Positions 43,207-57,190 of a stretch of 64,000 nucleotides of DNA are shown here, one piece after another; position 1 is the first letter of the stretch; each line of letters starts with the position of its first letter. The notes beneath the pieces were generated by a model. The model saw only the letters and a program-made list of their open reading frames with translations, did no database searches and was not told the origin of the DNA. The DNA is from Paramecium tetraurelia (Eukaryota): contig CT868674.1 in the NCBI GenBank assembly GCA_000165425.1, forward strand, positions 186,001-250,000, written 5' to 3'. The position numbers and the translations under genes were made by a program.

Positions 43207-43964
43207 ATGTTAGATGTACATAGAAAAATAAAGTTTTTATTTATTAATTATAGAGAGACATTATTGAAATTAATAAATAATTTAATGAACTTCTTAGATA
43301 AGAGAAATAAAATAGAGATTCTTCAAGAGAGAGCTGCTCTTTATAATAAGGTGCAGGATGAACTTTATGAAAAGGAAGTCCCTGAATTCGAACATACAAA
43401 ATTAATTAAACCAGTTTTAGATTAGCATATTGAAGAGTTTGCTACACAATAACCTCCTGCAAATCTTAATAGTCTAACTAGATCATTGCCTAAACCTCCT
43501 GTATCAGTTTTGACCACTTCTGCATTGATTTCATTAGGACTTGATAATTATGGGACTATGACTACTCAAATGTAGGATGTGAATCGTAAAAGGGAGGACG
43601 ATTTTAATCATTATAAATAACTGAAAAAGGAAGGGCGATTAGAGGAACTCGTGAAACCACTAAAATAACAGAAGGAAAAAGATTAAGCTACTTAAGCAAT
43701 TCTATTCAAGGTAGATCATATTAAAGATTATGAAGATAAAACTCACACAGGATATGGTTAACATAAGTCAGCACATAGAACATATTATGGTATTGAGATA
43801 TGCTATATGATGTAGTTGTTGATGAGACCATGAAGGAGATGATCAATGAGCCAAACATAAAAAATCATCTGATGAAAAATGACTTAAATACATTTTTCGA
43901 CTCTTACCTCAAACACAAAAATACTTTAAGAGGGGCGGTGAAGCAACCTGCTCGTGCAAAATGA
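43207..43964 (+). CDS. Hypothetical protein
   Basis: ATG 43207, tiny introns, TGA 43962-43964. Confidence 0.6.
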
Positions 43965-44144
43965 ATAAAATTAAGTTCATATTATTATATAAATGTTATT
44001 AAAGAAAGTTAAAACTAAATTAAAATAAATTTAGAATGATATTAAACAGTTGTAAGTAATACGAACAATTTGTTGGGCTTTGAGAGATTTTAGATTTGCT
44101 ATTGCAGTAATTTATACAAGTTAATGAAAATGAATGATAAAAAT

Positions 44145-44451
44145 TCACAAAATTGTACAAAGACAAGGAGATTCTTGAGTTGCCATATCAGTGTTGTATT
44201 ATTTCCAATTTTCGACTATTGAAATCAATTCATCTAATACCTATAAACACTTCGTTCTTCTCTCTAAATTAAATTCGATGCTGTTTTTGACCATGCTTTA
44301 TATAATTCCCATAGCTGTCCTTTCTCATATCTATATCCCCATCAGATAATGAGTGTTTGATTTTAAGTATAGGAGTCAATTGTTTGGGTGACTCACTATT
44401 ATAAACTGATTGATTTATTCCAAATCTCTAATAATAATTTGATTCAGACAT
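44145..44451 (-). CDS. Small prenylation-motif protein with RVxF-like motif
   Basis: ...KQHRIQFREKNEVFIVENWKQYN...PCLCTIL-TGA; one 25-nt intron. Confidence 0.7.
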
Positions 44452-44477
44452 TTTTTATTATAAATTATATGATTTAT

Positions 44478-46110
44478 TCATAAATTTGCATTCTTCCACA
44501 ATTTATCAATGTATGGCTTGGATAATTCCAAAAACTTCTTCAAATAACCTTTCTTTTAGGCTACTTTCATAGCAATTAGGAAGGAAAAAAAGAGTGTGGC
44601 ATTAATAACATGTCTTTAAGGCAACTCAGCAAATTTGAAACTAATAGATAGATATATTTTGAATACAATAATGATAAGGTCTGTAACTTATGTTTGGTAA
44701 ATGGAGGGTATCTAATATTGAATGGATAGATATTTAAAGTAGACTTACTAAAAACAGGTTTAGCATGACTACAACCTTTGAATCCAGCGATTCCATGATA
44801 GGCTCCATATCCACTATTTCCAACACCTCCAAAAGGTAAATTTGGATCTAGAATGAAATTTAAATTTACTCAAAAGATGGAAAACTGAATCATTGAATAC
44901 TAATGCGCCTGAGGATGTTTTTTATTCAAGCAGTTTTTTATGGTGGCTGTTGCTTCCATAATAATATAAAGCCAAAGGTTTGGGTCTTGAATTGATAAAT
45001 TCAATGACTAGATTGATATTTTCAAATAGGAGAATAGGGAGAATTGGGCCAAAGATTTCTTCAGTCATTAGTTTAGAATCTACTTTTGGTTGTAAAATGA
45101 TGGTTGGTTCAACATATCTTTGGTTGACATTTACTTAACCTCCTACGATTACTTATCCCTAATGGTCTTTGAGGAGTTCTTATAATCTTGAAGTGTGGAA
45201 CTCAGTCACAATTTTTGAATAATCATTTGAATTTTAAGAGTTTTCTCCAAAGAATCTTTTTAGTTCAGTCTTTATTTCATTAATAAAAGCGTCTTTAATT
45301 GATTCATGAAGGAACACATAATCACAGGCAACACAAGTTTGACCTGCATTTGTAAATCTACCTTAAATAATCCTTTGAGCTGTAACATTCAGATTACAAT
45401 CCTTATCCACTATGGTAGGTGACTTACCTCCCAATTCTAGTATACATGGCACTAGATTTTCACTGGCAGCCTTTGCAACCAACTTGCCTTTCTCTGGACT
45501 TCCAGTGAATATAATTAAATCTAATGGGAAAGTGGTAATCTTTTTTGAGACTTCTACACCTCCTTATATTACTGCATAGAAGGATTAATCAAGATATTTT
45601 GTAACTAAATCGTACATGGCTTTTGAAGAGTGTGGAGCAAGTTCTGATGGTTTAAGAATCACACAATTTCCAGCAGCGATTGCAGCAGCCATGGGTGGGA
45701 TTCCTGTGTAAAGAGGATAGTTCCATGCAGCAATAACCAGAACTACTCCAAGAGGTTCATATATTATTTTGGATGACCCAGGACCAATGACCTATGATAT
45801 ATAATTAGAATATTACAAATGGTGTATCTACGTTGACTTCCTTACTCCATTCATCAATATGCGCCAATTGATTCTCCACTTCTGCTTTGGTGATGATGGT
45901 TGAAGTCATTTAACTACTGAACATTGTCACACCTAGATCCTTTTCTAAAGCAGTATGAAATTGCTGTTCCATCTCTTCAAGACCTCTTAGTAAATTTTTG
46001 AGTTGAGCCTTTCTAAATTTAACACACTTTGTCTGATGAGTACAAAAAGAATCCTTTAGCTTTTTGAAAATTGGTTCAATAACATCGGCATTATCTTGTA
46101 TTTAATCCAT
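44478..46110 (-). CDS. ALDH3: Aldehyde dehydrogenase family 3 (fatty-aldehyde DH-like, C-terminal TM)
   Basis: [58 protein letters not shown]; hydrophobic tail. Confidence 0.95.
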
Positions 46111-46162
46111 CAAAATAATTAATTTAATGATAAATCAGGTTGATGACTAGATTTTTAGGAAG

Positions 46163-47790
46163 ATGATTGATTAAACAAGTCCGTAATCAATAACAACCCA
46201 AAAATTATGTTTGAGATTAGGATACGATCCAAACGATCTCATCTATAAGTCTATTCCAAATTCTATCTTTTTAGATCCATTGAGTAGTTTCCATCGGTCT
46301 CGCCGGAAGTCCAAATGATGAAATACAATCATTATAAAAATAGGATGATGAGTATAATCTTTGAATATAAAAAAAGGGATCATTAATGAAATATAGGCAA
46401 CGAAACAAAGACACAAATTAGGAGATCAATCTCTTAAGTAAATTTCTTTCAATCAATAAGAGAACAAGTTTTAATACTTCATTATTTTAGTTTCTCAAAT
46501 CTCAGTGAAGAGAGTGTTATGATTGAGGAGAAAAAGGAGAAAAAGAGTTTATCGAGATAAAAAATACTGCACAATCTAATTTATTAATAATTGCAGGAGG
46601 AAAAAAGGAATGTGGAGTATTTGTAGAAACAAAATTCAAAATTACAGCACCATTAAAATCTTTAATAACGAAAAAGCGAAACTAGTTTTACAAAAAAGAA
46701 GGAAAGAGAAAGTAATAAAAATAAATCAAGTGAGGAGGTGGATGAATTAGAGAGAAGGAATCAATACTTTATTACATGCGTTGAAAATGAATCCAGGATC
46801 CAAGAATAATTGTAAGGCAGATTTTTAAAAAAGAATTTTAAGCATGATAATTATACTGAAAGAGCACATGAGAAAAAGAAACAACAAGAGACTTTATTTC
46901 AGTAAACTATTACTGAAAGATTGAATAAATTGTAATTAAAAGGTATGAATGTTCTAATCAAGAAACCTAGGCTTAAACAAAGGTGGAATTATACAAAAAA
47001 GATATGAAAAACTATTTTGCCTTAAAAAATAGTCAGATCATCAATAAATAAGAAAAAAGGTCTTAATTACTTGAATTTGAGCAATAGCAATACATTAAAG
47101 AATAATGTGAAAAAATGAAAAAGTTCTAAGAAACAAAATCCTAATTGATTTTAGATGAGAAAAAGAAATTTAAGGAGAGAAAAGAGAAGTATAACAAAAT
47201 GCTAAGAAAATGTTAAGAAAGCAATTTTGAATAATCAAATGTATGAATATTGTTTAAATAAGAAACATTAAGAAGGGTTCAGCAATACTTATTAACAATT
47301 ACTTTAGAAACAAGAATAGGTGCTTTTAAATAAAGAAAGGTTCTTAGAGTAGAAATCTCTTGTGCTCAAAGATAAATTATAATTGAATTTCGAAGATGTT
47401 GAGTTTAATAGAGCTCATGCTTAGAGGATTAAATTAAATACATAAGTTAAAATAAATGGAAATAAGGATACCAAGTCACAAATATCAAGTCGGACATCTG
47501 ATACTTGGAGAATGAAAACTTAATTGACTTAAAAAGAATCGGAAAACTCATTATGGGAAAAAGCCAAGTAGGCAGCCTCTTTGTTTAAGGATCCAATTCA
47601 ATATGAGCAATATGTTGAACAATAATAAATGATTTTGTTAAAAAAAAAAAAGTCGTTAGATAAAAAGTTCGCTACAGCTGCTTCAATAATAAAGGAAATA
47701 TTACCTTAGCATGAAGCAGAGAAATTACTTATGCCAACAGGGTTGAAAAATTTTATAGAGCAATAAAGTCGTATCAAAACATAAAAATGA
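46163..47790 (+). CDS. Coiled-coil protein (N-terminal CLRLGYDPNDL motif)
   Basis: Open frames with several tiny introns; E/K/Q/R-rich. Confidence 0.65.
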
Positions 47791-47919
47791 GTAATAATTT
47801 TTGTTTATTTCAAAAATATTAATGATTAAACTAACGGAAAAGTGAGCGGAATCCTTAATTAAGGCTCAAGTATAAATTTATCATAAATGGTTTTAAATAA
47901 AATTATATAGGTGTAGTAG

Positions 47920-48366
47920 TCATTTGTTAATAGTAGTGTCATATCTGAACTTAGGTATTTCTTTATTGCATTTTATTGTGGATTCCTTCAAAATAGGCTA
48001 TTTTAAAATGGATAATAAAGTTCCCTTCTTTTTGGTAACCAATGCGAAGGACTTACATTCTATTTCTTAGAGTAATTATTCTGTCGTAAACTTTGTTTTT
48101 AAGGGATTCCCTTTTTGATCTGCAGAGAATACTTCGTAAGTCTCAGCATTTTCATTTATATCTTAATCATAATATATTTGAGTGAAATAATCAATAGCAG
48201 TCTCGATGGCCTGAATCATTAAAGAATCAGGAGTAATTTCAATTTATACTTATAACAGTTTGTTGGCAACTTTCAAACTAAAGTTATATTAGCTTAATTG
48301 CATTTCAGTCATGTATGCTGATTCAGCAAGAGTTGATGAGGTGGCCTTCAAGTTTTACTTAGACAT
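47920..48366 (-). CDS. Hypothetical protein with SIN1-CRIM-like motif, 148 aa
   Basis: Single 447-nt frame containing YEVFSADQKGNP...EIECKSFALV. Confidence 0.7.
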
Positions 48367-48401
48367 GTTTTAAAAATTGATAATATTTTTATATAAATAA
48401 A

Positions 48402-50465
48402 TCAGTCTTATTATTCAAAATTAGAAATAAAGCTTAGATCATTATCGATAAGTCGTTTTTTATTTTGTTTGATATCTATTTTTGAAACATCAACACTAAA
48501 AAGATCATTTCCAAATTCTTAATGATCATTTTTATGTTATTTTTTACTCTATAATTCAGCTAATAATAATTGAATTTCATTTTTGGTCTAATTATAATTA
48601 AAAATATTACGATGGCCACAACTGATTATTTGGGTGGTTAATTAAAAGCAATATTATTTGTATTTGAAAAGTATAAGAATGGATTGCTATATGATCTTTT
48701 GATGCCCTTTTTTTCAAGAGGCTTTTCTTCAATTTATTTCATTAATTGCAACTTTTTAACATTACTGAACTATTACTATTTAAATAGTTATTTACATCTA
48801 ATTTCTTAAAGTAATCATTAAACATAGACATTAAAAATCCAATGCATTCCTATTTTGTCATATCATAATATTAAAGTATTTATCCTTATTATTATTGATA
48901 GTTCAATTTTTTTAATTATTGAGTATCTCCTCTGGCTGTTTGACAAATATATTTGGCATGCTCTTCAGAGGAGGAATCATTGATTTCTAATTGTGGTAGA
49001 ATAGGTTTTTAAGTAATAACATTTTATTACTTTTAGGCCTATTGAGATTAGTTATGTTATTATTAGAGATCTTTTGAAGATGACTTAATGTCACATTCAT
49101 TAATTTTTTACTATTAAGTTTTCATTGTGGACGATTATTAAGAATTGGGTTGTGTCTTCTATTGAAAGCGTGGACTGAAGATATTAACAGCAATGTCCTA
49201 TTCTTAATTAAGAACGATGGAATTGAATGTAGTTTTTCTATTTCTCAATTGCTCCATTAAACTTTGGGTTTGCTTTTTATAAAAATGTAGCTCAATCTGT
49301 TATTTTTCATTTCTTTCATCTTTCAATTGGTTAGATTTGATGATAAGTTCATTTGTATCTAATATGGATTCATATTTTGAGAGTAGTGTATTGTACAATT
49401 ATCGAATATGAATGTTGGCGTTTTTTTCTTTTTCAAACAATTCTTTAAATCCTTTGACCATCATTTCCATCTTATGCAATTTTTCTTAATATATCATTCT
49501 CTCATTTTTGCTTAAATATTTGAGTTACTAAGGTTCTGGAGAGAATCCATATCCCAAACCATTAGTACCATATAATTCTTGATGCAGAGACTCTAATTTT
49601 CCTCTATGATTTTAAACTTCTCTGTTCAGATCCAAATTGTCATCAGTCTTATCAAGAAACTCTTTAAAAACAAAATCTACTCTAAATCCAATGATTATTA
49701 CCTTTCATACACTAATAATTCGTTTAACTGCGTAGGACTATTCTCATTTTAAAGATTTCTCTCTTCAAATGCTATTTAATTAGATTAAGACTATACGTAA
49801 TTGACTTCTCTCAGTGTATTATTGGTTTCTGTAATGGATTAAGCTTCGGTAGTAATTTTGTTAAGCAAATTTCGAACATTTTCTAATTCTTCATGCAATT
49901 TTAAATTCTGCTCTGATGGAGTGACAATTTCAATTGATTTTACTAATTATCCTTCTCTTTCTTAGATAGGTTTCATTCTCTCCAATTCCTGGATTGCATA
50001 TTCCTTATCATGGATATTCCTTTTCAAGTCTATTAACTTATATTCTAAATCGCCTATTAAATCTTTGTAATAGTTTTGCTGTTCTTCTGATATCTATTCT
50101 TGTAGTAGTAACTTCGTTTATAATTATTAAGCTATTTTCTATTGATTAGAGAATCCTTTCATGAGTTTCTCATTTTCTTCATTCAATAATTTTATTACGC
50201 CTTCCAATTGAGAATTCTGATAATTCGTGTAACACATCGACATTGTGCTGGAATCACTTGTCTATTTAATGATTCAACTCATTCGTACCTGACCTCGCTT
50301 GTTCATTCCGTCCATAGTAAGAGCCATAGCTTACTTATTTAGTTTTAAGGCATTTTCAAGATCAATAATATATTCCTACAATTACTTATTCTCCTCTTAG
50401 AGATAATGAATTTTAGATTATTGTCTATTAGAAACAAACTCGTTAACTTCTGTTCCCAAAATCAT
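48402..50465 (-). CDS. Coiled-coil protein
   Basis: EENKQLQEYIIDLENALKLNKQAM...; multiple tiny introns; TGA at 48402-48404. Confidence 0.65.
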
Positions 50466-50495
50466 ATTTTTTTCTATTTAATTAATTAATAACAA

Positions 50496-52227
50496 ATGGG
50501 TAGCATAAGTTACAACAACAACATAAAAAGAGGGTAACTTGTTAAATGCAAGTTTTAATTGCATCCAACCATTTATTTAAAAAAAATCGATTATTTTACA
50601 GGTAACTGCTTGTTTTAATGTGGATAAACATGCAATTATATAAGCATAGAGGATTATTCTTAACTTCCCATTTAAACATATCAAAGGCTATTTGAAAGAT
50701 TGTTCTCTAAGGATGGGGACTATTTTTATAAATTAAGAAATAAAATTTGTTGTAAAACTTACAACATGAGGATAGTTTTATAAAAAAATGCACCTTCAAG
50801 AAAACAAATGAAGTCTGCCTTAGCACTTTTAGATCGGTTAAATCTGTATGGTTAAGGATAGGATATAAACAAAAAGGAAAAACTTTAAAAAGAGGTCTTT
50901 AATTAGAAAGATTTATAGCACATCTAGGTCAGCTAATAGAAATAAGCTAAATATAGATAAATTCATAATCAAGAAAAAAAAACACTTTTTGACATTATAA
51001 ATTCATCAATATAACTATGTAAGTCCTGTTTTGAGGAACTAACTTAGACAGAGAATTTAAATTTTACCTTATAAGAAAACGATTTGAAGATATTTCAACA
51101 TTTAAATAAAATCAAATTTTATTCGAATGCAAATCTATTGTTATTTCATTTAAATCAAATCCCTATGAAAAGTAAAAACTATTCCCTTAATCAATTCAAT
51201 GAATTTTTAGGAATTGCTTTAAATAAAAATTAAACACAAAATGAATTAACAGTTCAATAAAAACCAAAAGGATTCTTAACTCTAATACATTCTAAAGAAT
51301 AAATTCAAAACGCATAATGTCAAAAATAAGGGTTAGCAAATTAATAATAATAATAGAAACCCTAAAAATTTATTTAGAAAAAATAAAAACAATAAAGTAA
51401 TTTTAAAAATAAAAATTTGATAAACCCTGAGACCTTCACATTTTAACAATTTTAGGTTGGCCCTCTTGTTATCACTATTAAGTATTCATATAATTTAATA
51501 ATTTTTTAGAGATTTAGGTTAAAGTAGAGACATAATTGACTTTATATATTAGTATCATATGGTTGTGCATAATAGACCAAATACTGATGAGGAAATCATA
51601 AAATTATATTGTAGAAATTACTTAAATACTCAAACAGTTTTAGAGGATTTCAAACAAAATATTAAAATAAAATTAGGCCAAAGATGTATGGAGTATAGAT
51701 TAAATGGTAAACTAATTGCATTGGGGACTATTATATTAACTTAAGAGTATTTTGTTTCGGAATATTTTTTCTATCTTCCTGAGTTGAAAAACTTTAATTT
51801 TGGAGTGTTTTCAATTTTAGTTGAAATTGAGTATGCAAAGCAGATATAAAAATATTTCCCAAAATTCAAATATCACACTCTTGGCTATACTTCATTTAGA
51901 ACAAAAAAAATGGAATATAAACTGCAATTCAGTGGCACTGAAATTCAATGTCCAGATACATATATTTGGACTGAGTACAATGATTAGGTTAAAGCCAAAA
52001 TGATAAGCTAAGATTTTAAAATCGATACTCCAATTCAAGTAGCACCATTAGACTTCTCAAAAGTCACAGTTTAACTATATGATGTGAATGTAAAAGCAAA
52101 CCTCGTGTGCGATGATTAAAACTAGGATGAAATCTCGAAATATTTTTTATTCTATGCCAATGAATTAGGAAATGAACTTATGTATGATTTCAGATTTATC
52201 TATAATGAGGAAATATTTTAGCTTTGA
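50496..52227 (+). CDS. ATE1: Arginyl-tRNA-protein transferase (ATE1)-like, copy A
   Basis: Cys-containing N domain (CLFQCG...ICCKTYNMR); C domain EYRLNGKLIALG...YFFYLP...FGVFSILVEI...LGY...KMEYKLQF...CPDTYIW. Confidence 0.85.
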
Positions 52228-52427
52228 TACCATTATTACGCATTTATAATTAATATATAATATTACTTATAGCTCTAGACATGCAGTCGTTTTAAAGTAA
52301 TTCAATAAATTATTGATAAAAAATTGTTAATTTATCATTTAAATTATGTGAATAAAAATTTACAATGTATTTTTAACCTTTCTCGTTACATGACTATATT
52401 TTATATTGATTATTTTGTGAAACAAAA

Positions 52428-54154
52428 ATGGGATGTTGCTGTTTGTATACAAGTACATAAACATCGAATTCTCAGACCTAAAAGAATTAGCAAGAGAGTA
52501 AACATCATTGTTTAACATTATTGAAAAAATTGAGTTCAAATAAATCATCTTGCTTATATGAATGTGGCAAATACTAATATATCTATTATCTCAAACCAAT
52601 AAATAATTTCAGTATTGAGACTATGGAACTTCTACTTGAAAGAGGATTTGTGAGAAATGCTAAGTATTATCGAAAATACAATCACAACTAGTCTTGTTGT
52701 GTAGGCTATAACACAAGAGTTAACATATAAGAAAATTAGCCAAAAAAAAAATAGAAGGCTATAATTGATACCTTTGTTAATTAGGTTATCAAGCAATATC
52801 CCAAAGTTGATTTGGAGGGTTATGCTCTTTTAAATTAGGAAGGTGATTATCCTTAATAAATGAACAATTAATAAAATAAAAAGCAATTGAAAAAAATTTA
52901 AAAACATATCCCTTTGGAGGATGTTCAAGACATAATGAATTAAGTCTAGTAAGAACTAATAACATGTAGCAGATTGATAAATGAAGAGATCGATTTGAAT
53001 CTAGATTTTTAGATCAAAGATTAATAACAATTAAAGATTTTTGGGAACTCTGAGGATCTTGGTTATTACACAAATCACAACCTAATATTGTTTGATTAAA
53101 ATATACGGGCATTAAAATCAATCTAAATGGTCCAATAGTAATTTAATTAAATGATAGGGGCCAAATTAAATGAGAAAGTTATTTTGGATAAGTATAAACT
53201 GTTGTAGAATAAGAATGGTTATTTTAATATAGTTCAAATTAGAAGTGAATAGGGAATAAAAAACAACAATAAGAAATAGGGCAATTATTCTGAATTAAAA
53301 AACAAATAAGCCAAATAACCTAAATAAGAATAGAAGGAAATTCAGAAATCAAAAGTTATTGATATTATAGATCATAAGACATTTACAGTGAATGATTTTA
53401 GGATAGGTGAAATGAGAGTGTCAATAGTGTATTATAAATGATTAAAATAGAGATCCCTACACAAGTGAAGAAAACGCGAAGCTTTATCTAGATTACATGG
53501 CTAAAGTTCATTCTTAAATTTCAAATCTTGAAAGTTTTCAAACGTATTACTCAACGCGCATTCTATTGAACGATTAATTCTTATATAATTAAGGCGCGAA
53601 CGTAAAATTGAACTTAGGTTAGAGGTTTATGGAATATCGTATAAGAGGAAAATTGATTGGATGTGGAGTCATAATATTAACGAGATATCAATTATTGTCT
53701 GAATATTTATTCTACGATCCTAGTTTAAAGCATCATAGCTTTTGGAATTGTGGCTGCTTTTGTGGAAATTGAATATGTTAAAAAAATCAACAAGTATTTT
53801 CCAGATTTCAAATATTCATCTTTGAGTTATGTGATTGCCACTTGCAAAGCGATGAATTACAAATTGTAGTTCACAGGTTTGGAAATTCAGTGTCCTGATT
53901 CATATGTTTGGTTGAAATACAATAAGGAATTGAAGAAATTGATGTAGAGCAATTGTTCGAGGTTGAATAAGGAGAGATAAAATAAAATGAATTATAACTA
54001 AGATTTTTCGTAAGTTTAGGTATCAGTTTAAAATGAAATACATGAGATCGACCAATTGGATCCCTAGACTTAGATGGGAGTAATGGATATCTTGTTGTAT
54101 AATAAGGATGTGCTTGGGGAAGATCTAATCAAGGGGTTGACGTTTTGTATTTGA
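52428..54154 (+). CDS. ATE1: ATE1-like copy B with MGCCC N-terminus; apparent +1 frameshift near 53741
   Basis: LLERGFVR...SCCVGYNTR; EYRIRGKLIGCG...FYDP; after the shift, FGIVAAFVEIEY...MNYKLQF...CPDSYVW. Confidence 0.8.
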
Positions 54155-54394
54155 GTGGATATTTTGAGGAAAAATCATTTTAAATATTTTACTACTTCAT
54201 TTATTAATTAATACTTCAATCTCAGTATAGTATGGTAAAATTTGTTTACTACTATCCATCAATTAACATGTCCAATTTTAATGTTTAATTAAAATTTGAT
54301 AATGAATGTTTTTTTTTGGAATTAATAAAAAAATCATTCTTTTCTTTTTCTCAATGCAATTTATCATAATTTGGTCTAAAGCAAAATATTAAAT

Positions 54395-56857
54395 ATGAAA
54401 CATAACAAATAATAGAGTCATTACGTTCTGGACTTCTCAGACATAGAAGACATCTCGGATAATGAGTCAGAGAGTTCTAATAAGTCGAATCAACAATAAT
54501 AAATTAATCAAACTACTCCAACTCCGAACAGAATAGAATTGCAGATTCCGAATATGCAAGTGAAAAAAGAGACAGTCGAAATTCCATCAATCTTGATACA
54601 AGAAGAGGAAGAACCTGTAATAAGGAGAAAGTTGGATTTTTAAAATTAACAATGGTAGGTTAATTTTGATGAATTGTCGGAATAAGATCAACAAGAGAGT
54701 GACAGGTCAGCGGTTGCTATAGAAATCCCGAGAGACCCAAGTCCACCTACAGTAGCAGTTGAAGAACCTTAATATATTGAATAATATTTTGAAGATCAGA
54801 ATGTGATTGAAGAAATAGATATTGAATAAGAGTAATTGAAAATGGAGTAGAGGAAGGAACAATTGAAACAAGATCTAATAACTAAGAAACATTAACAATA
54901 AAAGCAGATTCCAAAGGTTCAATAGGTTTAAAAGGAGCAATAATAAGTCTAGGATGTAAACTAATAAAAAAATAAAAATTCTGAGGATAAATCAAAGTAA
55001 GTTTGTAAATAGAAATTTTATAATCCCAAAAATTCATTGATTTATTTGAGATTAAAGGGGAGGGAGGATTTATATAAAAAATAAGAGTATGTAATAGATG
55101 AATAGACTAAACCTTAAGATTAGGATGAATTATTAGAAGGACTGGAGTGCATTAATAATTTATTGATTGGATTGTCTAAAATTAAGGATAAGAAGGTAGG
55201 TGTCGTTGAAAAGTAATAGAAGATATTGCCATTGTAGATCTAAAAGCATCGTTTAGATGATAAAGGAGATCATCACAAAGAGTCTAAACTTCAAAAGAAA
55301 GATGAAAAAGAAAAAGAAAAGGATAATGAATAATAAAAATAGAATACTAAGGATGCTCAAAAAAAGGATCAATAAATAACTGAATTAAATATTAAATAGT
55401 AATAGTTACAAGAAGCTCAATAAGCTAGATAGATCAGACATGAAAAGTAATAGTAGGAGAAGGAAAAGTAGAGACTATTAGAATAAAGGCAAGTTTATAA
55501 GATTCTAACAAAGAAGCAAGTCAACTAGGGATTAATACTCTACAAGTGCTAATTAAGATAAAAGCAAAAGGACTCTATAAAATGGTTAAGATATTCAGAG
55601 ATTGCTTTAATAAGCAAAGGTGAAAGTGAGATCTTCAATTTTGAAAAGAGAATATCAGATCAATTATTTATGTAATTGCACAAGGCCAATATGAGATCGG
55701 TGGTAATAACTAAATAAGCTATGTTTGATGTAGTAACTATACATTATGTGAAAGAATAAAAGGAAGTTGAGGAAGCCAAATAAAAGGACAAAGGATAAGT
55801 TGGGAAAAATGAAAGGGAAAATCAAATTGTTGAAGAAAAATAAATCAAAGAGAAGAAAGCAATACAAAATAATGATAAAAAGAAGAAGAATTAGGATTAA
55901 TAAAAGAATGAGGTATAATAATAAAAGAGTGATAAATAATAATAAAAGGGTGAAAAGCAATAATAAAAAGGTGATAAATAATAATAAAAAGATAAACAGT
56001 TAGAATAGCTATAGACACAATAATTGTAATAAGAGAATGAAAAAGATTAATAGGATGCTAAAAGAACAAAAAATAAAGTTAGTTATTTGGAAAGTGATGA
56101 GGAAAAGAAAGATGAGGATCTATTAGATGCTGATTCAATTTAAATATTCAAAATTACTTAAGAGAGATAAAGAAAAATAGATAAGAAAGATAAAGAATAG
56201 AAATAACCACAAAGTAATTAGTAATAGGTTGAAGAATAAAAATAAATTGAATCAAATGAACTAAATTAAAATAATAATAATAATTAAAATAAGGAATAAA
56301 AGAAAGTTAAGAATCTGAAAATAAAAGAATGTCCATTGAGTAGATTGGAAACTAATGATGAAATTAAGAAGAAAGAGTAAATTAATTAAAAAAGAAAAGA
56401 AAAACGAAGGTAAGAATATCAATAATATTTGAATGAAATAGAGCAAGAACAATTAGTTGAAGTTACTCATTCAAAACACAAAAAATAATAAAAAGAAACA
56501 AAATAATAAGAAACCAATAAATAATAAATCAAATCAAGTAATAAAGGTTAAAAAATCAATAATTAATAAGAAATCTAGAATTTGGATGAACAAACTAATT
56601 CAAAAGATAAAGAAGAAACTAAACAGTCTAATTCTACAAAAAGAATAGGAAGGTAAAATACTAGAAATCATAAATCACCATCTCCATCGAAAGAATCGAT
56701 CGAACCAGGTTATGTGTCTTCCAAACGTATATATGAAAATAGAGATCAAAAGAAAAAGAGGCTCAAGGTTTTAGAAGATGAAGAATCTGAATTTAGCTAA
56801 CAAAATGTCAAATAGCCCCAAGTAAAAGAGCAAAAAAAAAGAGTTAGATAAAAATGA
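54395..56857 (+). CDS. Large Q/E/K-rich low-complexity protein, probably nuclear
   Basis: Long open frame with at least one intron; basic clusters (QKKKRLKV, KKRVRQK). Confidence 0.7.
55916..55996 (+). repeat. Coding 21-nt minisatellite (~4 copies, QQQK[S/G][D/E]K)
   Basis: Units such as taataataaaagagtgataaa, taataataaaagggtgaaaag and caataataaaaaggtgataaa. Confidence 0.75.
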
Positions 56858-57190
56858 GGATATATTTTATATAATTATCAATTTTCTTGTAATTTAAGAT
56901 AAATAACAAAGCATAATATAATTAGTATTAAAATGTAATGAGGATTAGAAATCTATTTGAAGAATTTAGTAATTAGAATTGAGTTTCAAAACAAAGAAGT
57001 TAATCATTCAAATAATGATAATTGTAATCATTAAAGCATACAAAAATGGATAGTATAAAGCAAGATGCTACAAAAATAGTATTCAAATTAAAGCAATGAA
57101 TGATATGCATCATATAAATGGTGATAGTATTTTAACATCTACTTTAAATAGTGAAATTATAATATTTAATTAACATAATATTTAAAAACA

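Noticed and set aside
55664..56648. Supplied Leu/Ile-rich and Lys/Asn-rich ORFs
   Set aside because: Off-frame or antisense readings of TAA-rich Gln/Lys coding sequence.
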